From Alloprevotella sp. (GTDB lineage Bacteria > Bacteroidota > Bacteroidia > Bacteroidales > Bacteroidaceae): DNA of 64,000 nt. The position numbers were made by a program, and so were the translations under genes. The DNA is taken from positions 2,772-66,771 of the forward strand of contig JAFSQD010000027.1 of the NCBI GenBank assembly GCA_017446765.1, written 5' to 3'. The notes under the pieces are model-generated. The model ran no database searches, was not told the origin of the DNA, and saw nothing but the letters and a program-made list of their open reading frames with translations. Positions 8,600-18,676 of the stretch are shown in pieces (the first letter of the stretch is position 1; the number at the start of each line of letters is the position of its first letter).

Positions 8600-9619
8600 C
8601 TATTTCTTTTTCTTCGTGAAAAGCCCCATGCGGGTATAGAAGGGAATCTTTCCCTCAAAGATGAGCATGGCGAACGTGAGGAACAGGAGGGCGATGATGC
8701 CGAAAGCCTGATACTGTTCGCCGGCCTCGGTGTGCTGGAACTCCTGCTCGGCCTGCGGCAACTGGCGGAAGGCCTCGAGGAGGGCTTCCTGGGCACGGTT
8801 GCTGTTGTCGACGCGCAGGTAGCGTCCTCCGCCGGCCTCAGCCACGCGGCGACACATGTCCTCGTTGAGCTTGGAGAGCACGGGCTGTCCCTCGGCATCG
8901 GTGAGCGGCCCTTCTCCTTGGGGTATGGTGGCGCCTTCGGGTGTGCCTATGCCGAGCACGAAGAGTGTCACACCGCGCTGTTTGGCGGTCTTTGCAGCTT
9001 CCTCGGCGCCTCCCAGATGGTCCTCGCCGTCGGTGATGACGACGAGCGCCTTGCCCACCTCGCGGTCAGAAAAGCTTCCCAAGCCCAGCTGGATGGCTGC
9101 GGCGAGGTTGGTGCCCTGCAGGGTGACCATGGACGTGCTGACGGAAGATATCTGCATGCGTGCGGCGCCGTGGTCGGAAGTGAGGGGGAGCTGCGGATAG
9201 GCCTCGCCGGCAAACACGCCGAGGGCAATCTTGTCGGCGGGCATGCGGTCGATCATGTTTGAGATGAGCAGGCGGGCACGCTCAAGACGACTCGGGGAGG
9301 CATCGCGTGCGAGCATGGAATTGGAGACGTCAAGCATGAAAGCGGCTTCGATGCCTCCCTTCCCCTCGCGGACGGTGTTCTCTCCGTACTGCGGACGCGC
9401 AAGCATGAGGATGATTGCCCCTGCGGCAGCCACGACGAGCCCAAACTTCAGGCGACGGCGCGCCTTGCTGCGTCGCGGGGAGAGCGTTGGGAGGAGTGCA
9501 TCGTCGGCAAGTCGACGCGACATGCGGCGCATGAAAATGCCATAAGCATAGGCTGCGCCCACCATGAGGGGGAGCAGCAGGAGGAGATATAGGTATTGCG
9601 GATCGGCAAATCGGAACAT
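8600..9619 (-). CDS. batB: BatB VWA-domain membrane protein
   Basis: N-terminal MFRFADPQYLYLL, LARPQYG, MIDAS DVSNS, ITDGEDH. Confidence 0.9.
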   Translation of the reverse strand: MFRFADPQYLYLLLLLPLMVGAAYAYGIFMRRMSRRLADDALLPTLSPRRSKARRRLKFGLVVAAAGAIILMLARPQYGENTVREGKGGIEAAFMLDVSNSMLARDASPSRLERARLLISNMIDRMPADKIALGVFAGEAYPQLPLTSDHGAARMQISSVSTSMVTLQGTNLAAAIQLGLGSFSDREVGKALVVITDGEDHLGGAEEAAKTAKQRGVTLFVLGIGTPEGATIPQGEGPLTDAEGQPVLSKLNEDMCRRVAEAGGGRYLRVDNSNRAQEALLEAFRQLPQAEQEFQHTEAGEQYQAFGIIALLFLTFAMLIFEGKIPFYTRMGLFTKKKK

Positions 9620-9702
9620 CCTTTTATCGGTTTATGGGTATTGGTGGGGAGGTAACCCCTTGTCACTTGTTTCCCGTCACTCGTCACTCGTTACCAGACG
9701 GC

Positions 9703-10710
9703 TTACGGCAGTCGCCGCAGGACGGTGAGACGGAGCGTCAGGGCGAGGAGCAGGGAGAGGAGGGCAAGGAGGCCTATGGGTTGCCAGGCGTCGTAGCGGC
9801 GGGCAGAGCCTGAGACTTCGAGGCGATGCTTTTCCATCTTGTCGATGTCGTCGTAGATGCGTTTGAGCTCGCGATGGTTTTCGGCCTTGAAGTATTTGCC
9901 GCCTGTCTGCTGGGCAATCTTTGTGAGCGTCTCGGGGTCCTCGGGCTCCTGGAGGCTTGTGGTGTAGACCTCGCCGTTTGGCAGCATGGCGACAGGCACG
10001 TCGACGTTGGCGCCACCGCCCACAGCGATGGTGTAGACGCGTATGCCGAGTTCCTTTGCCATGGAAGCGGCCTGGAGGGGAGAGATCTGCCCGGTGTTGT
10101 TGACACCGTCGGTCAGGAGGATGAGCACTTTCGAGGGTGCCCGGCTCTCGTCCAGGCGTGCCACGGCGGCTGCCAGTCCCATGCCGATGGCCGTTCCGTC
10201 GGCGATGATGCCCGAATAGGGCAGGTTGCAGTTGGCCTGGAACTGCAGCAGGGAGAGCAGCGAAGCGTGGTCGGTCGTGAGGGGACAGAGGGTGAAAGCC
10301 TCGCCGGCGAATAGCGTGAGGCCTATGTTGTCGTCGGGGCGGGCATTGATGAAGTCGGAAGCCACGAGGCGTGCGGCCTCGATGCGGGAAGGAGCTACGT
10401 CCTCGGTCATCATGGAGGTGGAGACATCCAATGCGAGCATGATGTCGATGCCTTGCACGGAGCGCGACGAGAAGTTGCGTACGGTCTGCGGACGCGCCAG
10501 ACAGACGACGACGAGTGCCACGGCCGTGATGGCAAGGTAGGCAGGGAGGTCGGCAAGGCGCGTGCGCCACGTGCGGATGCGCGGCAGGAAGTCGTCGGTC
10601 GATGCCACGACAAGCCGGGGCTCGCGACGGCGCGAGAGCAGGAGGTGCCAGAGGAGCAAAGCCAGGGGCAGGAGAAGGAGCAGGAGATATTGCGGATAGA
10701 GGAATGTCAT
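9703..10710 (-). CDS. batA: BatA VWA-domain membrane protein
   Basis: LARPQ, GIDIMLALDVSTSM (MIDAS), GTAIGMGLA, ILLTDGVNNTG, GIRVYTI. ATGA overlap with the upstream gene. Confidence 0.9.
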   Translation of the reverse strand: MTFLYPQYLLLLLLPLALLLWHLLLSRRREPRLVVASTDDFLPRIRTWRTRLADLPAYLAITAVALVVVCLARPQTVRNFSSRSVQGIDIMLALDVSTSMMTEDVAPSRIEAARLVASDFINARPDDNIGLTLFAGEAFTLCPLTTDHASLLSLLQFQANCNLPYSGIIADGTAIGMGLAAAVARLDESRAPSKVLILLTDGVNNTGQISPLQAASMAKELGIRVYTIAVGGGANVDVPVAMLPNGEVYTTSLQEPEDPETLTKIAQQTGGKYFKAENHRELKRIYDDIDKMEKHRLEVSGSARRYDAWQPIGLLALLSLLLALTLRLTVLRRLP

Positions 10711-12655
10711 GACAGGAGCTGATAGATTTCCCATGCTGCGGCCACGAAGAGCACGGCGCTGACGGCGGCTGCCATCACGGTGGCGACGAGGAGGCGACGC
10801 TTGCGGGCGGCCACCTGCACGTCGGTTTCGACGACAACGCGCACACGCTGGCGGGGACCCTCCTTATCGGCGGGGGAATAGGTGTCGACGAATTGGAGGG
10901 CACTCTGGAGGTTGCGCTGTGCCTCGTCGGGCGTGGCCGGCTGGCGTGCGAACTTGACGAGGTCGGCCGTGGAGAGGAGTTGGGGCAGTGCTCCTTGCCG
11001 GGTCTCGGGCAGGCGTTCGAGGGCTTCGGCTATCTGCGAGGTCGTCATGTTCATGGCGTCGATGTCGAAGCGCGCGGCGAGATAGCGGCGCAGGGCAGTC
11101 GTGAGGTTGACATAGTAGGCTTTGTAGTCCTCCTGGGTGATGAGTGCATTGCACTGGTGCAGGGGATTGAGCAGTGCCAGTGCGGCTTCGCGCGGGGAAG
11201 GCGGCAGGGGCTCGACGCGCTCGGTGCGGCGGGGCTTGACGCGGCGCATGCGCAGGTAGAGGAGCACGGCGGCTGCGGCGGCAAGGGCTCCGAAGAGGAG
11301 GAGAAGCGCCAGCGTGCGGTTGAACTCGAACTCGGCGTCGACAGGACCGTAGGGGTCGCGGAAGACTTCGGGGTGGAGCGTGTCGACGGGCACGGTGGTG
11401 ACCTTCAGGCCCACTGCGGTGCGGGGCAGAAGGGTGTCGGAACCGATGACGACGGCCGGCCTCAGGGCGTAGAGGGCACTGTCGAAGCTGGTGACGGTGT
11501 ATCGCCTGAGGAGTTCGAGGCGTGCGCCGTCGTTGTGGAGCTGTGTATCGACGGGGGTGGCACTGATGACCTCGACACCGGGCATCATCTCGCCTTGCGG
11601 GGGGTATTCTGGAAATTGGACGTGGGTTCCACGATCGGTCTTGACGCTGAGCTGGAGCTGCACCTGCTGGCCGATGAGGATGGCAGCTGTGTCAAGCTTT
11701 GCCTCGACGATGGTCTGGGCCTGTGCCATGAAGGCCGGGGCGAAGAGCAGCCCCAGGAAGAGGGCGAGGCGTTGGAGCAAGCGGCGCAGGGGAGCGGCAT
11801 AGTCCTGATGGGTGGGAAAGGAGGCCATATCGATGCCGGCGCGTTTCATGCCGTCGGTGATGCGGCGGCGGTGTTCGGTCCACCATGCGATGTGGCGGCT
11901 GCGCTGTCGCGGCGAACTTGTGTCGACGAGGACGTCGCGTCCGGTCTCGGCATCGCGCACGCGCAGAAGCCCCACGTCGGGGAGTTCCTGCTGGAAGGGG
12001 TCGTAGACATGCATGGCTACGACGTCGTGCTTGCGCGCAGCGACGGAGAGTGGCAATGAGTAGTCGGCCTGGTCCATGAAGTCGGAGATGACGAAGGCGA
12101 TGCAGCGCTTGCGGAGGGCACGCACGAGGTATTCGAGTGCGGGAGCGAGTGCCGTGCGGTGGCCCTCAGGACGGAACGAGAGGAGGTCGGAGACGATGCG
12201 CAGCACGTGTCGCCGGCTTTTGGCGGGTGGTATGAACTTTTCGACGCGGTCGGTGAAGAAGATGGCGCCCACCTTGTCGCCGTTCTTGAGGGCTGAGAAT
12301 GCGAGCGTAGCTGCCATCTCTGAGACGAGTCGGCGCTGCGTCTTGGCGCGTGTGCCGAAGGCGAGGCTGCGACTGAGGTCTACGAGGAGCATGACGGTGA
12401 GCTCGCGTTCTTCCTCGTAGAGCTTGACGTGGGAACGTCCCGTGCGGGCTGTGACGTTCCAGTCGATGGCGCGTACGTCGTCGCCGGGGTGGTATTCGCG
12501 CACCTCGGCGAAGCTCATGCCGTGCCCCTTGAAGGCGCTGTGGTACTCGCCGGCCATGGTCTCGTCGGTCAGGCGTCGGCTTTTAATCTCGACGAGCCTG
12601 ACCTCACGCAGGAGTTCCATGGCGGCATCGGTTTCCGCCGTATGTGCGAGGGTTT

Positions 12656-12659
<4 letters not shown>
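10707..12659 (-). CDS. DUF58 protein fused to the bat-operon membrane protein
   Basis: N-terminal ~295 aa are DUF58 (GEYHSAFKGHGMSFAEVREYHPGDDVRAIDWNVTAR, FVISDF). Then a signal-like hydrophobic segment and the AKLDTAAILIGQQ...VTSFDSALY...ADLVKFAR protein that normally precedes batA. Confidence 0.8.
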
Positions 12660-13654
<995 letters not shown>

Positions 13655-13751
13655 GATTACGGTATGTACTGAATGGTTTTTGGCTGAGTAATATATATAA
13701 AATGTACGCGCGCACGCACGCATGTGCGACTTTTATGCGGCTTTCGAGGCG

Positions 13752-13759
13752 CAAAGGTA
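13752..13759 (-). promoter_or_regulatory. -7 promoter element of the moxR-bat operon
   Basis: TACCTTTG on the minus strand, ~100 nt upstream of moxR. Confidence 0.55.
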
Positions 13760-13836
13760 GCATGAAAGATTGAGTGGGGGAGCGTGTGGAGGGTTAAAAA
13801 GAATAAAAACGCGCTCGCCGGCTCCCCCACCCTTTT

Positions 13837-14508
13837 TCAGCATTCGCCGCGCTGCTTCATGGCGAGGTACTCCTCGTAGGTGACGCACCGGCTCTCGTCG
13901 GCCTCCTGTCGGGCGAGGCGTTCGCGGCGTTCGCGCTCGGCCTCGTAGCGACGCAGCAGCTGGAGGCGTTCGCGGCAGAAGCTGGCCATGGCGGAGGTGA
14001 CGCGCAGGGGGTCGAGGGCTCCATAGGCATGGCCGTAGCGCCCGGCCTTGAACCATCCGAGGAAGAGCATCACCTCGGAACAGCGCAGGAAGCCATAGTT
14101 GGCCGAGATGACGTCGGAGAGCTGGGAGATGACATTCTCGGAAAAGGCTCCCGAGCCTTTGCAGTAGACGAGGAGTTCGGTGATCTGAGCCACGAGCCAT
14201 GCCCTTGCGGCCTCGCCGCCGTAGGCATCCTGCAGGAGGCGCAGCGTGGGAGAGCTTTCGAGGCAGAGGGCGCGCTCGGGATGGAGCATGCACCAGCGCT
14301 GCCACGTGGGCGAGACGCCGAGGAGAAAGTCGCGGATGGTGGGATAGCGACGGCGCACGTCAGCTACAATCTTGCGTTGCGAGGGTGATAGCGTGGAGCG
14401 TCTCGGCATAAAGGCGGCGCTCTTCAGCTGCTGCATCGAGACGGGCGCGTTCGGCACGTCCGGGGTAGTGGGTTCCAGCTGGCTGAACAGGTTGGGAATC
14501 TGATTCAT
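13837..14508 (-). CDS. DUF6633-like protein of Bacteroidales prophage replication modules
   Basis: Start at MNQIPNL. Motifs PTLRLLQDAYG..AARAWL and YGFLRCSEVMLFLGWFKAGRYGHAYGALDP resemble this family (recalled, not searched). Confidence 0.6.
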   Translation of the reverse strand: MNQIPNLFSQLEPTTPDVPNAPVSMQQLKSAAFMPRRSTLSPSQRKIVADVRRRYPTIRDFLLGVSPTWQRWCMLHPERALCLESSPTLRLLQDAYGGEAARAWLVAQITELLVYCKGSGAFSENVISQLSDVISANYGFLRCSEVMLFLGWFKAGRYGHAYGALDPLRVTSAMASFCRERLQLLRRYEAERERRERLARQEADESRCVTYEEYLAMKQRGEC

Positions 14509-15115
14509 AGGTGTTGTCGTTTTTAGGTTGTTGGTGATTCGTGTTTCTGAGTTGTGCTTGCTTTTCTTTTCTCTCTGCATACTTCCGCTCGTTACGCTCC
14601 CACATACGGCATGCAGCACGCCAGTCCTTCATGCGCACGTTGCCCACGCTCCAATCTCTGACCGCATAGTAGTCGAAGAAGTGCCCTGCGTCGAAATGGT
14701 ACTGCTTCTCACGGACGTAATCGGCCACTTCCTGTTCGGTAGGCACACGGAAAGCGCTTCTTCTCGCGCGCGACTTGTTGTTGTTGTTGTTGTGTTCTTT
14801 CTTTTTATCTTTTCTTTCTTCTTTAGAGGGAGGTATGGAGGGAGAGTTTTCTTCTTTCGTTTCTGTTTTTGTTTCTTTGAAAAGTTCGTCAAGCTCGTCG
14901 AAGGGGAGACAGGGCTCGGTGGGGCTGGGCACGGCGAGGCCATGGGCGGTGGCGGACGTAGCGGCGGCGGCATCGTGGAGCTCCTCCATCAGGGCCACGC
15001 ATCCTCCGAGCTGGGCGGCAAAGTCGCCCAACCGCTCGCGCAGGCCTGCAAGTTCGTCCTGAAGCTCGGCCATGCGGAGCAGCAGGCCGGAGAGGGTCAT
15101 TTCGTGAGGTTTCAT
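14360..15115 (-). CDS. Phage replisome-organizer-like protein (conserved C-terminal domain, atypical N-terminus)
   Basis: FRVPTEQEVADY...DAGHFFDYYAVRDWSVGNVRMKDWRAACRMWERN is the typical C-terminal domain of phage replication initiators. It is preceded by a K/E/N-rich linker encoded by A-tract-rich DNA. Confidence 0.65.
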   Translation of the reverse strand: MKPHEMTLSGLLLRMAELQDELAGLRERLGDFAAQLGGCVALMEELHDAAAATSATAHGLAVPSPTEPCLPFDELDELFKETKTETKEENSPSIPPSKEERKDKKKEHNNNNNKSRARRSAFRVPTEQEVADYVREKQYHFDAGHFFDYYAVRDWSVGNVRMKDWRAACRMWERNERKYAERKEKQAQLRNTNHQQPKNDNTYESDSQPVQPAGTHYPGRAERARLDAAAEERRLYAETLHAITLATQDCS

Positions 15116-15162
15116 GGGGACAGTGTTTTGGTTTTTAAGTGGTTTGACATTGTATTCCTGCC

Positions 15163-15250
15163 TTCATCGGGAAGGCTTACGGATTGATTCGTTTGCGCTA
15201 ACGGATTCATCGGGAAGGCTTACGGATTGATTCGTTTGCGCAAACGGATT
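15163..15250. repeat. Two tandem 43-bp units with one mismatch
   Basis: TTCATCGGGAAGGCTTACGGATTGATTCGTTTGCGC(T/A)AACGGA at 15163-15205 and 15206-15248. Confidence 0.9.
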
Positions 15251-15304
15251 TGCGGAAAAACGATTTTCGTTCCAAGTAAAGCACTTCTCACCCGTTTTGT
15301 GCGG

Positions 15305-15312
15305 CAAAGATA
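15305..15312 (-). promoter_or_regulatory. -7 promoter element for the replication-like gene pair
   Basis: TATCTTTG on the minus strand, upstream of the 43-bp repeats. Confidence 0.5.
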
Positions 15313-15929
15313 ATACTTTCAAAGTATACCAACAAGTATTTTGCATTATTTTTAAAATTTTCTTTTACCCATAGAGATACCCGTAACAACCATTTTACTT
15401 ATTCCGACAAGTACACATATTGCAAACCCAAACTAACACTTCCGCACTATGTGCGGAAAAACAAGCGGCAAAACACCGAAAATGCACCTTAGGTCTTTGT
15501 TGGTGACGAACGGAAAACGTATTTTCGCAGAAACAACACACTGCCCGTGAAAGCGCGTGGGGCGCTGGAGGCCTAACCAACTACGGAAAACACCCGCTCC
15601 GAGAAGAACATGAAACCCGCAAGAAGACCACAGCAATGTACAGAGATGCCGACGGCGCCCACGAACTCGTTGAGAAACTCATGCATCTGGGCGATGGTGG
15701 AGAGGAGGGAAACCACCACGAAGCAACACCCTCCGAGCAAGAACTGTCCGAGGACGAGCAACTCGAGCGGGCAGTGGCCATGATACAGTACTGTGTCTTC
15801 GAACACAGACACGGGGAAAAGCTGCGCTCACTGGAATTTGCCCTGCTATTGAAAAAAAGAGTGTTCAGGACTTGGGCGTTTTATTTCCTTTTTTTATCTT
15901 TGCCGCAAGAAATTTTAAACAAAGCACTC

Positions 15930-16358
15930 ATGTTCAATCCGCAACCACTCAAAGCAGCCATGAAAGCCAAGCGCATAAGCGTGCAGGAGCTCATGGCACA
16001 CATGGGATGGGCCAACCACGCATCGTGGTACCGCCTATTCTCGGAAAACAATCCAAACTGGAACACACTGGAACGCCTGTGCGAATACCTTGACGTACCC
16101 CTCAGCGAGCTGAGCGACAAGGCACCCAACACGGAGATGGTGCGCGTCAGCATCAACAACAGCCAAGGCGGCACCATCGGAAGCGTCAGCGGCGGCAACG
16201 CACAGGCCGCAGGGCGCGACATCAACCAGACCGCACAGAACATGGGAGCCCTGGAGACCGAAGTGGCCGCACTGCGCCGTGAAAACGAGCTCCTCCGCGC
16301 ACTGAACGACGAGCTGCGCCGCGACAAGGAGTTCCTGCAAGGCATCATACAGAAGTAG
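15930..16358 (+). CDS. Cro/C1 (XRE) HTH transcriptional regulator with C-terminal coiled coil
   Basis: LKAAMKAKRISVQELMAHMG...PNWNTLERLCEYLDVPLSEL is the HTH. Tail LETEVAALRRENELLRALNDEL. Start reassigned to 15930 because TATCTTTG lies at 15895-15902. Confidence 0.75.
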   Translation: MFNPQPLKAAMKAKRISVQELMAHMGWANHASWYRLFSENNPNWNTLERLCEYLDVPLSELSDKAPNTEMVRVSINNSQGGTIGSVSGGNAQAAGRDINQTAQNMGALETEVAALRRENELLRALNDELRRDKEFLQGIIQK

Positions 16359-16430
16359 GCCTCCGCAGACACAGGCCGAAAGCCACAGACGAAACACAGA
16401 AACCAATCTTTAAAACACCTTAACATAACC

Positions 16431-18587
16431 ATGAAAGTTTACGATTCTCACGGCATCAAGAACATCGCACTGCTCGGCAACGATGGCGCCGGAAAGACCA
16501 CCCTCACCGAGGCACTCCTGTTCCAGAGCGGGCAGATACAACGACGCGGACGCGTCAGCCAGGGAACTACCGTCTCGGACTATTTCCCCGTGGAGCAAGA
16601 CTACGGCTACAGCGTCTTCTCCACGGTATTCCACGTGGAGTGGAACAACAAGAAGCTCAACATCATCGACTGTCCGGGCAGTGACGACTTCGTGGGCGCA
16701 GCCATCACGGCCCTCAACGTGACCGACACCGCCGTGCTCCTCATCAACGGACAGTACGGACCTGAAGTGGGCACCCAAAACCACTTCCGCTACACCGAGA
16801 AACTCGGCAAGCCCGTCATGTTCCTCGTCAACCAACTCGACGACGAGAAATGCGACTACCACAACATCCTGGAACAAATCCAGAGCATCTACGGCTCGAA
16901 GGCCGTGCCCGTGCAATACCCTGTCAAGACAGGCCCCGACTTCAACAGCATCATCGACGTCATCCTGATGAAAAAGCTCACCTGGAGCGGCGACAGCGGC
17001 AAGTACGTAGCCGAAGACATCCCCGCCGAGGAGGCAGAGCGAGCAGCCGAGCTACACCACGCCCTCGTCGAGGCTGCAGCCGAGAACGACGAAGGACTCA
17101 TGGAGAAATTCTTCGAGACCGAGCAGCTCACCGAGGACGAAATGCGCGAAGGCATCCGCAAGGGCATGGTCACGCGCAGCATCTTCCCCGTCTTCTGCGT
17201 ATGCGCAAGCAAGAACATGGGCGTCGACCGCATGATGGAATTCCTCGGCAACGTAGTCCCCTTCGTAGACGAAATGCCCGCCGTCCACAACACACGCGGC
17301 GAAGAAGTCAAGCTTGACCCCGCCGCACCCGCCAGCCTCTACTTCTTCAAGACCGGCATCGAGCCCCACATCGGCGAAGTACAGTACTTCAAGGTCATGA
17401 GCGGCACCGTCAAGGAAGGCGACGACCTCACCAATGCCGACCGCGGCTCGAAGGAACGAATGGCACAGCTCTTCGTCTGCTCCGGTGCCAAGCGCGAAAA
17501 GGTGGAACAGCTCTCCGCCGGCGACATAGGCTGCACCGTCAAGCTCAAGGACGTACGCACGGGCAACACCCTCAACGCCGCAGGCTCGGACAACAAGTTC
17601 AACTGGATCAAGTACCCCAACGCCAAGTACATACGCGCCATCAAGCCGCAGAACGAAAGCGACACCGAGAAGATGATGGCCGCACTGACGCGCATGCGCC
17701 AGGAAGACCCCACGTGGGTGGTGGAACAGTCGAAGGAACTGCGCCAGATACTCGTCTACGGACAAGGCGAATTCCACCTCCGCACCCTCAAGTGGCGCCT
17801 TGAGAACCTGGACAAGATTCCCGTTGAATTCCAGGAACAGCGCATCCCCTACCGCGAGACAATCACCAAGTCGGCACGCGCAGACTACCGACACAAGAAG
17901 CAAAGCGGCGGCGCAGGCCAGTTCGGCGAGGTACACCTCATCGTCGAACCCTATCAGGAAGGCATGGAGGACCCCCAGGTGTACCGCTTCGGCGGCCAGG
18001 AAATCCGCGTCAACCTGAAGAGCCGCGAGGAAATCGACCTCGAATGGGGCGGCAAGCTCGTCTTCATCAACAGCGTCGTCGGCGGAGCCATTGACGCCCG
18101 CTTCATGCCTGCCATCCTCAAGGGCATCATGAGTCGCATGGAGCAGGGACCCCTCACCGGCAGCTACGCTCGCGACGTCCGCGTCGTCGTCTACGACGGA
18201 AAGATGCACCCCGTGGACAGCAACGAAATCTCCTTCATGCTCGCCGGACGCAACGCCTTCAGCCAAGCCTTCCGCGAAGCCGGACCGAAGGTGCTCGAAC
18301 CCATCTACGACGTCGAGGTGTTCTGCCCCTCCGACACGATGGGCGACGTCATGAGCGACCTGCAGAACCGCCGAGGCATGATCATCGGCATGGACAGCGA
18401 AAACGGATACCAGAAGCTCAACGCCAAAGTGCCCCTCAAGGAACTCGCATCCTACAGCACCACGCTGAGCTCCCTGACCGGCGGACGCGCAAGCTTCGTC
18501 ATGAAGTTCGCATCCTATGAGCTCATGCCCACCGACCTCCAGAAAAAGCTCATCGACGACTTCGCAAAGCAGCAGGAGGAAGACTGA
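16431..18587 (+). CDS. fusA2: Elongation factor G paralog EF-G2
   Basis: 718 aa. NIALLGNDGAGKTTL, DCPGSDDF, NQLD, YRETI, HKKQSGGAGQFGEV, DGKMHPVDSNEISF, plus an insertion in domain IV as in Bacteroides EF-G2. Confidence 0.92.
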   Translation: MKVYDSHGIKNIALLGNDGAGKTTLTEALLFQSGQIQRRGRVSQGTTVSDYFPVEQDYGYSVFSTVFHVEWNNKKLNIIDCPGSDDFVGAAITALNVTDTAVLLINGQYGPEVGTQNHFRYTEKLGKPVMFLVNQLDDEKCDYHNILEQIQSIYGSKAVPVQYPVKTGPDFNSIIDVILMKKLTWSGDSGKYVAEDIPAEEAERAAELHHALVEAAAENDEGLMEKFFETEQLTEDEMREGIRKGMVTRSIFPVFCVCASKNMGVDRMMEFLGNVVPFVDEMPAVHNTRGEEVKLDPAAPASLYFFKTGIEPHIGEVQYFKVMSGTVKEGDDLTNADRGSKERMAQLFVCSGAKREKVEQLSAGDIGCTVKLKDVRTGNTLNAAGSDNKFNWIKYPNAKYIRAIKPQNESDTEKMMAALTRMRQEDPTWVVEQSKELRQILVYGQGEFHLRTLKWRLENLDKIPVEFQEQRIPYRETITKSARADYRHKKQSGGAGQFGEVHLIVEPYQEGMEDPQVYRFGGQEIRVNLKSREEIDLEWGGKLVFINSVVGGAIDARFMPAILKGIMSRMEQGPLTGSYARDVRVVVYDGKMHPVDSNEISFMLAGRNAFSQAFREAGPKVLEPIYDVEVFCPSDTMGDVMSDLQNRRGMIIGMDSENGYQKLNAKVPLKELASYSTTLSSLTGGRASFVMKFASYELMPTDLQKKLIDDFAKQQEED

Positions 18588-18609
18588 CAACAGCACATTC
18601 CTTAACCAA

Positions 18610-18650
18610 GTGGGCGCAAGGACGCACTCAGCAGCGCACCTTGCGCCCAC
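18610..18650 (+). terminator. Stem-loop after fusA2
   Basis: 12-bp inverted repeat GTGGGCGCAAGG / CCTTGCGCCCAC; weak T-tail. Confidence 0.45.
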
Positions 18651-18676
18651 ATACATTTTCACAAACCCCACCCATC

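Larger units (their letters stand above)
13800..16400. mobile_element. Degenerate prophage-like islet (replication pair divergent from an HTH repressor); boundaries approximate
   Basis: Gene content and divergent layout, with an AT-rich control region at ~15250-15550. No integrase or att site was recognised. Confidence 0.45.

Noticed and set aside
9660-9700. Heptamer repeats (GTCACTC-like) between batA and batB
   Set aside because: Short degenerate intergenic repeats common in Bacteroidetes; no associated inserted gene.
15163-15250. Possible mini-CRISPR
   Set aside because: Two contiguous 43-bp units without a unique spacer.
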